64,000 nt of DNA from Nitrospirales bacterium (GCA_963555755.3 OY820905.2:3392001-3456000), one strand, 5' to 3'. Shown: positions 1 through 9,641, counted from the first letter of the stretch. Numbers and translations are program-made. Notes: a model not told the origin generated them from the letters alone.

Positions 1-1
1 T

Positions 2-430
2 GCGGTCATTCATTCACAAACACAGTTAGGGATTTTTAGTTGCGGCCAATTCTTTCCAAATCGGTACCGGCTTGATTTCTCTGTAGCCGATCTGGGAATT
101 GGCATTCAAAAAAATGTCAAGGACTATGCTGGCTTGGATTTACCGGCTGACAAGGCAATTGAATGGGCCACTCAAGGAAATAATACAACCAAGCGTGGTT
201 CGATTCCCGGAGGCTTGGGTCTCAAGCTGTTAGCGGAGTTCATCAATCTGAACGGCGGGAGGCTCCAAATTATTTCAGATGCGGGGTATTGGTCGCTGGA
301 GAAAGGACATTCAAGTAGTGTACTCTTATCTTTCCCTTTCCCTGGAACGGTTGTGAATGTTGAAATCAATACTTCCGATACACAATCATATGTCCTTGCT
401 TCTGAATTGACGGACTTAGAGATTTTTTAA
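2..430 (+). CDS. GHKL/HATPase-fold ATP-binding protein (anti-sigma-kinase-like), 5' end outside window
   Basis: Frame open from base 2: AVIHS (end of N-box), DLGIGI (G1 box), GGLGL (G2 box), C-terminal FPGTVVNVEI. Confidence 0.8.
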   Translation, partial: AVIHSQTQLGIFSCGQFFPNRYRLDFSVADLGIGIQKNVKDYAGLDLPADKAIEWATQGNNTTKRGSIPGGLGLKLLAEFINLNGGRLQIISDAGYWSLEKGHSSSVLLSFPFPGTVVNVEINTSDTQSYVLASELTDLEIF

Positions 431-461
431 TGTTCGACATGAGACCCAGAGGGGATTCCTT

Positions 462-821
462 ATGCGCACTGAGCTTATTCTTTCCGTGTTTGAAATTGTT
501 GGGAGCTCCCTGTGCGTGGCTTCTGATGACGGCCAAAAAGTCCACGATCGTATTGCCGCCGCTTTGCGTCAAGGTATGCGCGTCACGGTGTCATTTCAGA
601 ACGTCACTAGCCTTACGTCGGCTTTTCTGAACGCCGCTATTGGGCAATTGTATGGCGCGTTTACTGAAGGTGAGATCCGAGCGAAGATTAAGGTCCAGGA
701 CATGGAGCCGGAAGATCGTGCATTACTCAAGCGAGTCGTTGAGACCGCCAAAGCCTATTTTAAAGATCCCGAGCGCTTCAAACAGGCCGAAAAAGCAGTG
801 ATTGGTGGCGCGGATGCCTGA
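462..821 (+). CDS. STAS-like domain protein (DUF4325-like)
   Basis: 119 aa; VTVSFQNVTSLTSAFLNAAIGQLY matches the STAS-like signature containing the phospho-acceptor-type Ser. Confidence 0.8.
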   Translation: MRTELILSVFEIVGSSLCVASDDGQKVHDRIAAALRQGMRVTVSFQNVTSLTSAFLNAAIGQLYGAFTEGEIRAKIKVQDMEPEDRALLKRVVETAKAYFKDPERFKQAEKAVIGGADA

Positions 822-1362
822 GCGGCATGTCCATCGAATTGATCAATATCATTTCAAGAAATCAGACAAACTCCTCTTGGATGCCAATGTATGGCTCCTT
901 CTTTACAGCCCACAATATAGGCCGGATGATGTTCGTGTCCGAACCTACTCCTCTGCATTCAAGGGCATGGTAGAAGCCCAAAGTCGGATTTTTATTGACG
1001 CCATTGTTCTTTCGGAATTTGTGAATGCGCTTGCCCGATTCGCGTTTCATATTCTTTCTCCACAACAAAGACCAGCTAACTTCAAGTCATTCCGGAGAAG
1101 CTCACGGTTCAGACCAGTGGCCAAGACCATTGCCTCTGCCTGCCGGAAAGTTCTTGGGTTTTGCACACGGATCGAAAGCCATTTTGTGTCGCTGGATATT
1201 GATGCCTTGCTGGGTCAATATGAATGCGGGGCGTCAGATTTGAATGACCTTCTCCTCGCCAATCTTTGCAAAAGCAGAAATTTGACCTTGGTCACGGATG
1301 ATGGCGATTTCCGGAGACGTGGCCTGGAAGTCTTAACGGCGAACAATCGCCTCTTACGCTGA
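814..1362 (+). CDS. PIN-domain ribonuclease
   Basis: LLLDANVW, VLSEF, DLNDLLL and LVTDDGDF acidic PIN motifs; ATG at 814 overlaps the upstream stop (ATGCCTGA). Confidence 0.85.
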   Translation: MPERHVHRIDQYHFKKSDKLLLDANVWLLLYSPQYRPDDVRVRTYSSAFKGMVEAQSRIFIDAIVLSEFVNALARFAFHILSPQQRPANFKSFRRSSRFRPVAKTIASACRKVLGFCTRIESHFVSLDIDALLGQYECGASDLNDLLLANLCKSRNLTLVTDDGDFRRRGLEVLTANNRLLR

Positions 1363-1441
1363 CCAAAGGTGCAAAACCTCAGCCTGTGGCTCACCAGATA
1401 CAATGTGATTTTCCAAGAAGATTAATACTGGGGAAAATAAA

Positions 1442-1767
1442 GTGGCGATTACCAAATCCGTGGGAGGGGAAAAAGGCGGTTTTCAGTTTGGAGGGTTTCG
1501 TCCTTGCCCCAAGGAGCTGACGTACTGGCAGCACGCCCATTCCACGGATAATGACTTCATGTATGTGACCAGGCAAACGCTCACTCCTCATTTGCTGTGG
1601 GGCCTTTTGCATAAAGCCCGATGCGTTCCCCAATTTGACGCTCAAGAAAATCCCTAAGGCCGTGTTGAGCCGCTGCGAGTGAGGCAAGGACGACTATAGT
1701 TTGCGGGTGGAAAATTTGCCCAAGGCTCCACCGAAGGCAGGGCAGCAGCGAGTTGGAATTTTGTTAG
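1442..1767 (+). pseudogene. 3'-end relic of type III restriction-modification Mod methyltransferase
   Basis: Fragments ITKSVGG..GGF, YWQHAHSTDNDFMYVTRQTL, then after a frameshift FPNLTLKKIPKAVLSRCE*GKDDYSLRVENLP; resembles Mod C-termini, with deletions and a stop. Confidence 0.7.
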
Positions 1768-1827
1768 GAGGAAGGACTCTGGGGGATTTGGGTCGTAGGG
1801 GGCAATGGACCTGCAGATGAGTGTGTT

Positions 1828-1938
1828 ATGATCGATGAAGTTGTCTATCGGGAACAGGGGGATGACGGATTTATTATTACCGCATTTTTGACCAGCAATG
1901 CTCGATCGCTTGCAAAGAGGAGTCAGGTTTGGTTATAG
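1828..1938 (+). pseudogene. Truncated toxin-like partner of the DUF2283 gene
   Basis: VVYREQGDDGFIITAFLTS...QVWL*; resembles the C-terminus of small RelE-like/DUF4258-type partners and overlaps the next gene. Confidence 0.5.
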
Positions 1939-2171
1939 CCGATTTTCAGGAATACTTGAAGCTGCTCCCCATGGTAAATCGGACACCGCAACATGCTGTC
2001 TGGCTGACGTTCGATGCTGAGGCGGACGCACTGTATGTGAATTTTAAAAAGCCTAGCTACGCGACTGACAGTGAGATGACCGATGATGATGTCATTGTTC
2101 GCTATGAAAGTGATGCGGTGATCGGTTTTACGGCTCTGCATGCCAGTAAACGATCACCGAAGTTCGTGTAG
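1929..2171 (+). CDS. DUF2283 family protein (putative antitoxin)
   Basis: FDAEADALYVNF...DDVIVRY...VIGFTALHAS motif. Confidence 0.75.
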   Translation: MVIADFQEYLKLLPMVNRTPQHAVWLTFDAEADALYVNFKKPSYATDSEMTDDDVIVRYESDAVIGFTALHASKRSPKFV

Positions 2172-2250
2172 AACCATGTCCCAGATGGAAACAGAGGGAT
2201 ACGAAGCCTTGAGCTGTCGTTGTTTGTGGGGAAAACTATTTTTTCCTTGG

Positions 2251-2281
2251 TGAATTCTCCACGCAGTGCGTGGAGAATTCA
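2251..2281. repeat. Perfect 15-bp inverted repeat
   Basis: TGAATTCTCCACGCA-G-TGCGTGGAGAATTCA; partial arm repeated at 2379-2390. Confidence 0.8.
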
Positions 2282-2458
2282 GTTGGGTCGTCTGGATTTC
2301 CAAGACTCTGTGTCGAAATTCTTTGCGGGGTTCCCGCTCAATCCCTACATGCTCTTTGTGACGGATCGGAAATATTCTCGTGGAGAATTCTGTAAGAGAT
2401 GGGTATGGAAGCATGCTTGCCTGGGCCAATTCCTTCGATCCTTTCCAGCACGTATTTG

Positions 2459-2662
2459 TGTGAACCTAAGCGCACGGAGTAGATGTACCAAAAGGATGTT
2501 CTTGCTAAAGCCAAGGCTGCCACGACTTGGTGTCAACAAGCTACCGAGCACGAGAAAACCCATGGGGGAAAATCCTGGTCTTACCTGCTGATCCCGCATG
2601 ATGCCATTATGGAAAACAAAACGCTTCAAGGATTGGCTAGTGGCTTTTCGTTCACAGCTTGA
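2459..2662 (+). pseudogene. 3'-end relic of type III restriction Res subunit
   Basis: CEPKRTE*MYQKDVLAKAKAATTWCQQATEHEKTHGGKSWSYLLIPHDAIMENKTLQGLA; resembles Res C-termini, with an in-frame stop. Confidence 0.7.
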
Positions 2663-2774
2663 ATTATTTTGGTCCTGTCCAGCCTTAGCAATTTTTCCAG
2701 CACATTTGAGATAGTCGTTTGATTGAAAGATGAAAACACTGACCTTAAAATCCCTCTCTACTCAATAGCGTTTC

Positions 2775-5192
2775 ATGATTCGTCCAAAAGTCTCAATAGA
2801 TAAATCTCTGCACTGCTGGAATCCCCGCCGATGGTTTTTTGAACTACGGCATGTGTGGCAAGATACACGCCTCATTGTGCTGACGGCTCAGATTGCCGCG
2901 ATCTATGCTGCGATCCTCATTCCCTTTAAAGTCGGCATTCCTCTGATCCCCGGGTTTGCGGAGTTGCGGCCCGCGAATGCCATCCCCATTGTCACCTCAC
3001 TTCTTTTTGGCCCGGCGGCAGCATGGGGTGCGGGCATTGGCAATGTCATCGGCGATTGTTTTGGAACGTTGGGCCCGGCGAGTCTGTTCGGGTTTTTGGG
3101 AAACTTTCTCTATGGGTATGTGCCTTACTTGTTGTGGGGAAACTTAGGTCCACTTTCATCCAATAAAGAACCTGTGATTCGTTCTTGGCGGCAAGGCCTG
3201 GAATTTGTCCTCGTGTGCATCGTGGCGTCCTGGGTCTGTGCCGTGACCATCGGGTGGGGTGTCGAATTGCTTGGCCTTCTTCCGTCCTCCATCCTGACGC
3301 CTGCGATCTTTTTTAATAATATGGTTATGGCCCTGGTGTTGGGCCCGCCCTTATTGCTGTTTCTCTACCCGCGCGTCAAACAGTGGGGCCTGTGTTATAG
3401 CGATCTCATAGAAACAGGCCTTGTGGCTCAAGATCGTCGCCTCCCCACCAGCTCCTTCGTTCAGGAGTCTTCGTTGGAAATAGACGAGTCCTCTTCGATT
3501 GTATCCATTCAAAACCTGACGTTTCGTCATGCGCATGCCGATACACCTGCGTTACTAAACCTTTCGTTGAATGTGAAACGGGGAGAGGTGGTGATGATCA
3601 TGGGTCCGAGTGGTTCAGGAAAATCATCGCTGTGTTATGTGTTGAATGGGCTCATCCCGCATTTTATTCAGGGCGACTATAGTGGAACGGTTCGTGTCGC
3701 GGGGAAAGAGACCGCAACCTTCCCTGTTTGGCAGCAGGCTGGACACGTGGGCATAGTTTTTCAAGACTTTGAAACGCAGCTGATTTCGACCAATGTCGAG
3801 ACGGAGTTACGATTTCCCCTTGAATGCTTTTCTCCAAGCGAGAGTCATGATGAAACTCAGCCCGTGGCTGCGCAAATTGGAACCACCCTCGAGCTGGTAG
3901 GATTAGCCGGATTCGAGCGGCGAGATCCTTTCTCTTTATCAGGCGGACAGCGGCAACGACTGGTGATTGGATCGGTCTTGGTGCGCAACCCTGAGCTGGT
4001 CGTGATGGACCAACCCTTGACCGATCTCGATCCCGCGGGGAGGCGCCATTTTCTTACTTTGTTGAATCGGCTTAAAGCGCAGGGCATCACGGTGATTCTT
4101 ACAGAACATGAATACGATGAGACCTTGCACGTTGATCGCATTGGCCTGATGCAGGAAGGACACATGGCTTGGATCGGGCCTCCGGCTGAACTCTTTCGTC
4201 AACCTGCCTTGGTTGCCCAGTACGGAATTCGACCTCAACCTTTAGCCGAGTGCTTTGCAGGGTATGACTTGTCAACATTGCCGGTCACGGTCGAAGAGGC
4301 ATGGCAGGTTGCCGATGACCTTGGTTTGTCTTGTTGCCTTCCCGAGGAACGCCAAGAAAGTTCAACGGGTGATCATTCGACTCAAGACCCTCCGATCCTG
4401 GCACTCGACCATGTGACGTATGGATATGATGAGCGCCAACCGGCCCTTCGCGATGTGTCGGTAACTATTCACAAGGGAGAGTTCGTAGCCATTCTCGGGG
4501 AAAATGGATCCGGGAAGAGTACCTTGGCCAAACTGTTCAATGGATTGCTCGTGCCAAACGAAGGTACGGTTACGGTCATGGGGTTGGATACGAAAGTGGC
4601 GGGGGTCGGACAATTGGCTTCTGTTGCAGGTTATGTGTTTCAAAATCCTGATCATCAAATCTTTGCCGAAACCGTATGGAATGAGGTGGCGTTTGGCGCG
4701 AAAAATGTCGGGTGTTCTAAAGAGGAATGTGAGCGGCGAGTGGCGGAGGCGCTTCATGCGGTACGGTTGACCGATTCGGAGCAACACGATCCGTTTTCGT
4801 TAACCAAAGGAGAACGTCAGCGAGTAGCCGTGGCTTCCATGTTAGCGGCTCAACCCAAGATCTTGATCTTTGACGAACCCACCACTGGCCTTGATGCCGA
4901 GGAAACGGTTCGAATGATGCGCATGATCCAACAGCTCAATCAGCAAGGCCACACGATTGTGATGATCACGCATACCATGTGGCTCGTTGCGGAATATGCC
5001 ACGCGATGTGTGTTACTGCGAAAGGGACAACTCATCGCCGATGGGCCAACCCGTGAAATTTTTTCCGATCCTTCATTACTCCAATCAGCCGCGTTGGCAT
5101 TGCCTTCGATCACCAGATTCAGTCAACGTTGGGGGATGACCTTCCTAACCGTGGATGAGGTTCGTGCTGGGTTAAAACGCGGGGGCTGTTGA
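2775..5192 (+). CDS. ECF transporter: S component (QueT-like) fused to duplicated EcfA ATPase
   Basis: Hydrophobic N-terminal ~200 aa (ELRPANAIP..LLFGPAAAWGAGIGNVIGD) plus two ABC domains (GPSGSGKS/LSGGQ and GENGSGKS/QNPDHQIF/DEPT). Confidence 0.85.
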   Translation: MIRPKVSIDKSLHCWNPRRWFFELRHVWQDTRLIVLTAQIAAIYAAILIPFKVGIPLIPGFAELRPANAIPIVTSLLFGPAAAWGAGIGNVIGDCFGTLGPASLFGFLGNFLYGYVPYLLWGNLGPLSSNKEPVIRSWRQGLEFVLVCIVASWVCAVTIGWGVELLGLLPSSILTPAIFFNNMVMALVLGPPLLLFLYPRVKQWGLCYSDLIETGLVAQDRRLPTSSFVQESSLEIDESSSIVSIQNLTFRHAHADTPALLNLSLNVKRGEVVMIMGPSGSGKSSLCYVLNGLIPHFIQGDYSGTVRVAGKETATFPVWQQAGHVGIVFQDFETQLISTNVETELRFPLECFSPSESHDETQPVAAQIGTTLELVGLAGFERRDPFSLSGGQRQRLVIGSVLVRNPELVVMDQPLTDLDPAGRRHFLTLLNRLKAQGITVILTEHEYDETLHVDRIGLMQEGHMAWIGPPAELFRQPALVAQYGIRPQPLAECFAGYDLSTLPVTVEEAWQVADDLGLSCCLPEERQESSTGDHSTQDPPILALDHVTYGYDERQPALRDVSVTIHKGEFVAILGENGSGKSTLAKLFNGLLVPNEGTVTVMGLDTKVAGVGQLASVAGYVFQNPDHQIFAETVWNEVAFGAKNVGCSKEECERRVAEALHAVRLTDSEQHDPFSLTKGERQRVAVASMLAAQPKILIFDEPTTGLDAEETVRMMRMIQQLNQQGHTIVMITHTMWLVAEYATRCVLLRKGQLIADGPTREIFSDPSLLQSAALALPSITRFSQRWGMTFLTVDEVRAGLKRGGC

Positions 5193-5328
5193 AAAAGCAT
5201 GCCCTGAGTATGGCCGAAGGGTCCGCCAGCAGCGTTCTCGGCCCGTTGTCGTGCTCACGTACTCCATGTACGCTCCGCGCGCCAACGGGCCTGCGGCCTT
5301 GCTGGACGGGCCTTTTTGAACAGCCCCC
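5181..5328 (+). repeat. Repeat family A copy (MITE/REP-like hairpin)
   Basis: GTTGAAAAAG...CTTTTTGAAC termini; homologous to 13427-13551, 38129-38274 and 61775-61899. Confidence 0.9.
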
Positions 5329-5403
5329 TTCGACCCGACATTTGAGGGAATTGGGCTGTGTTCGGCAATTTGAACATCTTTTGAATTATTCAACGGATCA
5401 AGT

Positions 5404-6180
5404 ATGAATCTTTCTCTTTATCTCGACAAAGGAACGTGGATCCATCGGTTGGATGCACGCACTAAGATTTTGTGGCTCCTTGGACTGTTCGTCTTGTCCC
5501 TGATGTTTTCGGATCCAAGTTTTTTGTTGGGGATGATGGGCCTGGTGCTGGGAACAATAATCATGGCGAAAAGTCTGGCGAACGTGAAAAGGATTTTGGT
5601 CTTGCTGGTGCTTCTGTTTGTCTACAGCCTGATTTTATGGCCATTTTTTGTGGAAGGCAAAACGCCTCTCTTTGAAATCGGGTCACAAATAATCACGGTT
5701 GAAGGAGTGTTGTATGGATTGGGGATGGGCCTGCGGTTGAATGTGATGCTCTTGAGCGGCATCTTCATGTTATCCACGACGGCCATTGAAGAGTTTACGC
5801 AGGGCTTGCATCGACTGGGGGTGCCGCATGCGTTGGCATTTGCGCTATCGTTAGCGTTTCGGTGGGTGCCGACCTTGTTGGGGTCGGTGAGTGCTGTAGT
5901 GCAGGCGCAGCGGGCCCGTGGACTCGATCTGCCATCGGGTACCATCTTCAGCAAGCTGCGTCAGTATCCTCCTTTGGTGGTGCCGTTAATCGGCCATACC
6001 TTGCGGCAAACCAATTTGCTGGCCATGGCCTTGGAATCGAAAGGGTTTGGGCCTGGGCACCCGCGCCGTTCCCTTTTGGAGTCACGAATGACTGGCGTCG
6101 ATTACCTCGTGTTGGGGATCATGATAGGACTAGTGAGTGGAAGCATATGGCTAAGGCTGAACGGCTATGGTACAACTTGA
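5404..6180 (+). CDS. ecfT: ECF transporter transmembrane T component (CbiQ/EcfT)
   Basis: IHRLDARTK, AQRARG and AMALESKGF motifs; follows the ECF ATPase. Confidence 0.9.
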   Translation: MNLSLYLDKGTWIHRLDARTKILWLLGLFVLSLMFSDPSFLLGMMGLVLGTIIMAKSLANVKRILVLLVLLFVYSLILWPFFVEGKTPLFEIGSQIITVEGVLYGLGMGLRLNVMLLSGIFMLSTTAIEEFTQGLHRLGVPHALAFALSLAFRWVPTLLGSVSAVVQAQRARGLDLPSGTIFSKLRQYPPLVVPLIGHTLRQTNLLAMALESKGFGPGHPRRSLLESRMTGVDYLVLGIMIGLVSGSIWLRLNGYGTT

Positions 6181-6261
6181 AAAATTCAAACATTATTTTT
6201 ACCATTTATACGTGTAGCGCATTTCCTTGATTGGTAACTTAGACTGGGGGGCGGTGACATC

Positions 6262-7200
6262 ATGAGGCAGCTAACCTTCAAAATGAGTGCTCACATTGTG
6301 GGTGTCGTATGTTGTGCCATGCTACTTTTCACGGTAAATGCTTTGGGGCAGGGAAAGCCAGCCCAAAAGACCAAAACCATTGTGGGTGACCTTCTGATGA
6401 TCGATCGCGATCTCTATATCGTACGTGGCGAACTGGGTGAGATTCAAATCGAAGCCACGTACAAGACTGAAATTACGGAAGAGTTTGAATTTGGCGATCG
6501 GATCAAGGCCTTGGTGCTCATGAATAATAAGGCCTTGAAGATCGAACGCGCAGGGCCAAATGATGTGCCTGGGGTGGTGGAAAATTTGCCGATGATAGCC
6601 AAAGTTCCCCATACTAAAAAGGCAGAAAAGGAAAAAGGCAAAGCCCCTGCTCTGTCCCTGAAACCGAAGCAGCCTGATCAAAAAATAATTATCGGTGATC
6701 TTCTGATGATCGACCGCGATCTCTACATCGTGCGTGGCCCAATGGGCGAGATTCAAATCGAAGCCACGTACAAGACGGACGTGACGGAGGAATTTGAATT
6801 TGGCGATCGGATCAAGGCTGTGGTGCTTATGAACAATAGGGCGCTAAAAATTGAGCGCGCGGGTCCGAACGATGTGCCAGGAGTGACAATCCTACAAGGG
6901 GCTTCCGGGACTGGCCCAGAGAAAGCCAAGGCTGAGTCAGCGAAAGAGTCTGAGACCAACGGTCAAGCCAAAAAGCCGGTCAAAGCTGCATCGGGTGGGC
7001 CCCCGTCCGATACCCGTGTGGTGGAGGGACAAATCCTGATGATCGACGGCGACTTCTACGTCTTGCGTGGGGACCGAGGTGAAATCCGAGTAGAACGCAC
7101 AGACAAAACCAAGGTGTCCGAAGAGTTCAAATTCGGGGACTTTATCAAAGCCACCGTCCAAAAAAATGATCAGGCCTTAACAATCGAACGCCTGAAATAA
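6262..7200 (+). CDS. Exported protein with three internal repeats of a small beta-rich (OB-fold-like) domain
   Basis: Signal peptide; G(D/Q)xLMIDxDxY...EEFxFGDxIKAxV...ALxIER repeated three times. Confidence 0.75.
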   Translation: MRQLTFKMSAHIVGVVCCAMLLFTVNALGQGKPAQKTKTIVGDLLMIDRDLYIVRGELGEIQIEATYKTEITEEFEFGDRIKALVLMNNKALKIERAGPNDVPGVVENLPMIAKVPHTKKAEKEKGKAPALSLKPKQPDQKIIIGDLLMIDRDLYIVRGPMGEIQIEATYKTDVTEEFEFGDRIKAVVLMNNRALKIERAGPNDVPGVTILQGASGTGPEKAKAESAKESETNGQAKKPVKAASGGPPSDTRVVEGQILMIDGDFYVLRGDRGEIRVERTDKTKVSEEFKFGDFIKATVQKNDQALTIERLK

Positions 7201-7382
7201 ACCCGGAATTCCGCCGTTGCGTGTGATCCACTGTGCGAGGAGCCGCCTGTCCCGAGCCTTGTCGAAGGACTCACACCGTGCTCGCCAGATGGAAGAATTC
7301 TGGGCTGCGGCTCCGCCGCGTCCAATGCGAGAACCCACGACCGAGACAGAGAATAAAAGCGCCACGCGACCTCACGACGGTA

Positions 7383-7508
7383 TTGTCATTTTGACCCATG
7401 GGAGAAATCCGTAGCTCGGTAACGAGGGAGATTTCTCCCATGGGTCAAAATGACAAAAGGAACGCAATGACAAAAGGAACGCAATGACAAAAGGAACGCA
7501 ATGACAAA
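7383..7508. repeat. 27-bp perfect inverted repeat (REP-like) plus three 17-bp tandem repeats
   Basis: TTGTCATTTTGACCCATGGGAGAAATC at 7383-7409 and its reverse complement at 7430-7456; AATGACAAAAGGAACGC x3 from 7449. Confidence 0.9.
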
Positions 7509-7601
7509 GAAAGAGTTGGGTCGAAATGACAAGGAAAGAAGGGGACACGATTTACCAAGCCGTCCCAAGAGTATTGAGCAGTGTTTGAAAAAACTCATTG
7601 A

Positions 7602-9542
7602 TTAGAGGTTTTCAATATGAACGGGTTCTTCTCCCTCCGCTGGTGTAAACCCAAACACTTTTGAATAGAAGTACAACTCGTTGTCCAGTACCCGTTTGAT
7701 GTTTTCTGGTCGGCGAAAACCATGCTGCTCCCCTTCAAATGCGACATACGCGACGGGCAAGCCTTTCGCTTTGACGGCGTCGAACATCTTTTCAGCTTGA
7801 TTTGGTGGAACGACTTTGTCCTCTAACCCTTGGAATAAAATTAACGGGCAAGAGAGACGGTCGGTGAAATAAATCGGCGAGCGTTGATCGTAGAGATCTT
7901 TTCGTTCCGGGTACGGACCGATCAGCCGGTCCAAATATCGCGACTCAAACTTATGGGTATCGCAAACCAAGGCTTCAAGATCGGACACGCCATAGTAACT
8001 CGATCCCGCGGTAAAACAATCCCGAAAGGTTAAGGCACAGAGGGTTGTATAGCCGCCCGCGCTGCCGCCCGTAATCGTCACCCGTGAAGCATCGGCCTTT
8101 CCCTGGTCAATCACGTATTGCACGGCACTGACACAATCATCCACATCGACAATGCCCCACTGGCTATTGAGCCGTTCTCGATAGGCTCGGCCATATCCTG
8201 TGCTGCCGCCATAGTTTACGTCGAGCACGGCAAAGCCTCGGCTCGTCCAATACTGAATCATCAAGTTAAATGTTGTCGATGCTGCGGCGGTTGGTCCGCC
8301 GTGGCTTTTGACCATAAGAGGGGGCTGTTCACCTTCCGGCGCTTGAAAGTCTGTGTTTTGAGGTGGGTAGTAAAACGCATGAGCAGTGTGGCCATCCTTA
8401 GCGGGATACTCAATGGCGGTCGGGGCTGATACGTATTTTCCCTCGATCGTGAAATCAATGGCTTGACGAAGAATGTTGACGTGATGAGTCGCAAGGTCCA
8501 ATTGAATAATCGAATGTGGGTGAGACGGGGAACTTGCTGTACACAATACGTTGCCCCCTCGAACGAGAACATTTCCAAAGTCCGTGTAAGGAAGATCGAA
8601 CGTGTCCAGGTGGCCGTTCGTCATGTTCAGTCTGGCTAAGTGCCATAGGCCCTTTCGGGTGTAGGCACAAATGAGGTTAGAGGAAGATTCAAAATCATAG
8701 AGCCTCTGTCCAAAGGCCCATTGGGGCAGGCCACATTCAGCATCCATAGAGCATAAGGGGTGAACCTGCCCTTCTTGCCATTGATAAAGGTTCCACCAAC
8801 CCGTCCGGTCCGAAACAAAATGCAAAATTCCTTCCGGAGACCATTCAGGCTGGAAGATAGATTCGTCTGGTCCTCCCGCAACACAGTGAGCATGGACAAG
8901 CGTACCGTCTTGTTGGATGTCAGCAATCCACAGTTCCGTGCCATCCCAAGGCATATTAGGGTGGTTCCAGGTAAGCCAGGCCAGTTGGTTCCCATTGGGG
9001 TTGAGGCGAGGCGAAGCGTAAAAATCGTTGCCCGAGACAAGGATTGATCCTGGATACGGTTCACCAGCAGGATCGAGTGGAATGCTGACAATCGTGTTGA
9101 TAGGTTCGTGATGAGCATCGGTTTGGTCTTCCCGAATATAAATTAGACGGTTGCGTGTATGGTCGTAAATTCCGTCAGCGTAGAACAGGGAAGCTTTGGG
9201 AGTACGAGGTTCGGGAACCTGCCCCGGAATTTGTCGGTAAAGCCGTTGGTCAGCGAAATTGGAGAAATAGAGAACGTCGTTGGCCACGAGGTAAGGCGCT
9301 CCCCCGTACTCATGGACTCGCGTCCGGGCATTAAACGGCTGAGGCGTGAGGATCTCTCGCGACCCATCATCATGAAGGCGAATAATCGCACTCCGTCCAC
9401 CTTCGGTTGGCCGACTCTCAATCCAGTAAACCTGATCACCGCAAAGAGAAATTTGTCCGAGCTTGATCGATTTTGAGACAATTCGGTCCGACGTGAGGGG
9501 GGATTTCCAAGAACCGTATGGGGCAACGGTCGGTTCAGTCAT
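7602..9542 (-). CDS. S9 family (prolyl oligopeptidase/acylaminoacyl) peptidase
   Basis: APYGSWKSP N-terminus, HGGPT, GGSAGG nucleophile, DKVV, EGEQHGF. Confidence 0.93.
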   Translation of the reverse strand: MTEPTVAPYGSWKSPLTSDRIVSKSIKLGQISLCGDQVYWIESRPTEGGRSAIIRLHDDGSREILTPQPFNARTRVHEYGGAPYLVANDVLYFSNFADQRLYRQIPGQVPEPRTPKASLFYADGIYDHTRNRLIYIREDQTDAHHEPINTIVSIPLDPAGEPYPGSILVSGNDFYASPRLNPNGNQLAWLTWNHPNMPWDGTELWIADIQQDGTLVHAHCVAGGPDESIFQPEWSPEGILHFVSDRTGWWNLYQWQEGQVHPLCSMDAECGLPQWAFGQRLYDFESSSNLICAYTRKGLWHLARLNMTNGHLDTFDLPYTDFGNVLVRGGNVLCTASSPSHPHSIIQLDLATHHVNILRQAIDFTIEGKYVSAPTAIEYPAKDGHTAHAFYYPPQNTDFQAPEGEQPPLMVKSHGGPTAAASTTFNLMIQYWTSRGFAVLDVNYGGSTGYGRAYRERLNSQWGIVDVDDCVSAVQYVIDQGKADASRVTITGGSAGGYTTLCALTFRDCFTAGSSYYGVSDLEALVCDTHKFESRYLDRLIGPYPERKDLYDQRSPIYFTDRLSCPLILFQGLEDKVVPPNQAEKMFDAVKAKGLPVAYVAFEGEQHGFRRPENIKRVLDNELYFYSKVFGFTPAEGEEPVHIENL

Positions 9543-9641
9543 ACCAACGATGTACCTCGATCCAGAAAAGGGGTTATGCAGCCAAGGACTAAAAAGTGCA
9601 TCTTACTCCGAGGAAATTTTGGAAAGAAAATTTGGAAGGAA

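Noticed and set aside
2662..2775. preQ1 riboswitch ahead of the QueT-like ECF gene
   Set aside because: No preQ1 stem-loop with an A-rich tail is recognisable
7449..7508. Tandem 17-bp units as a CRISPR array
   Set aside because: Units are contiguous with no unique spacers, and there are no cas genes in the window
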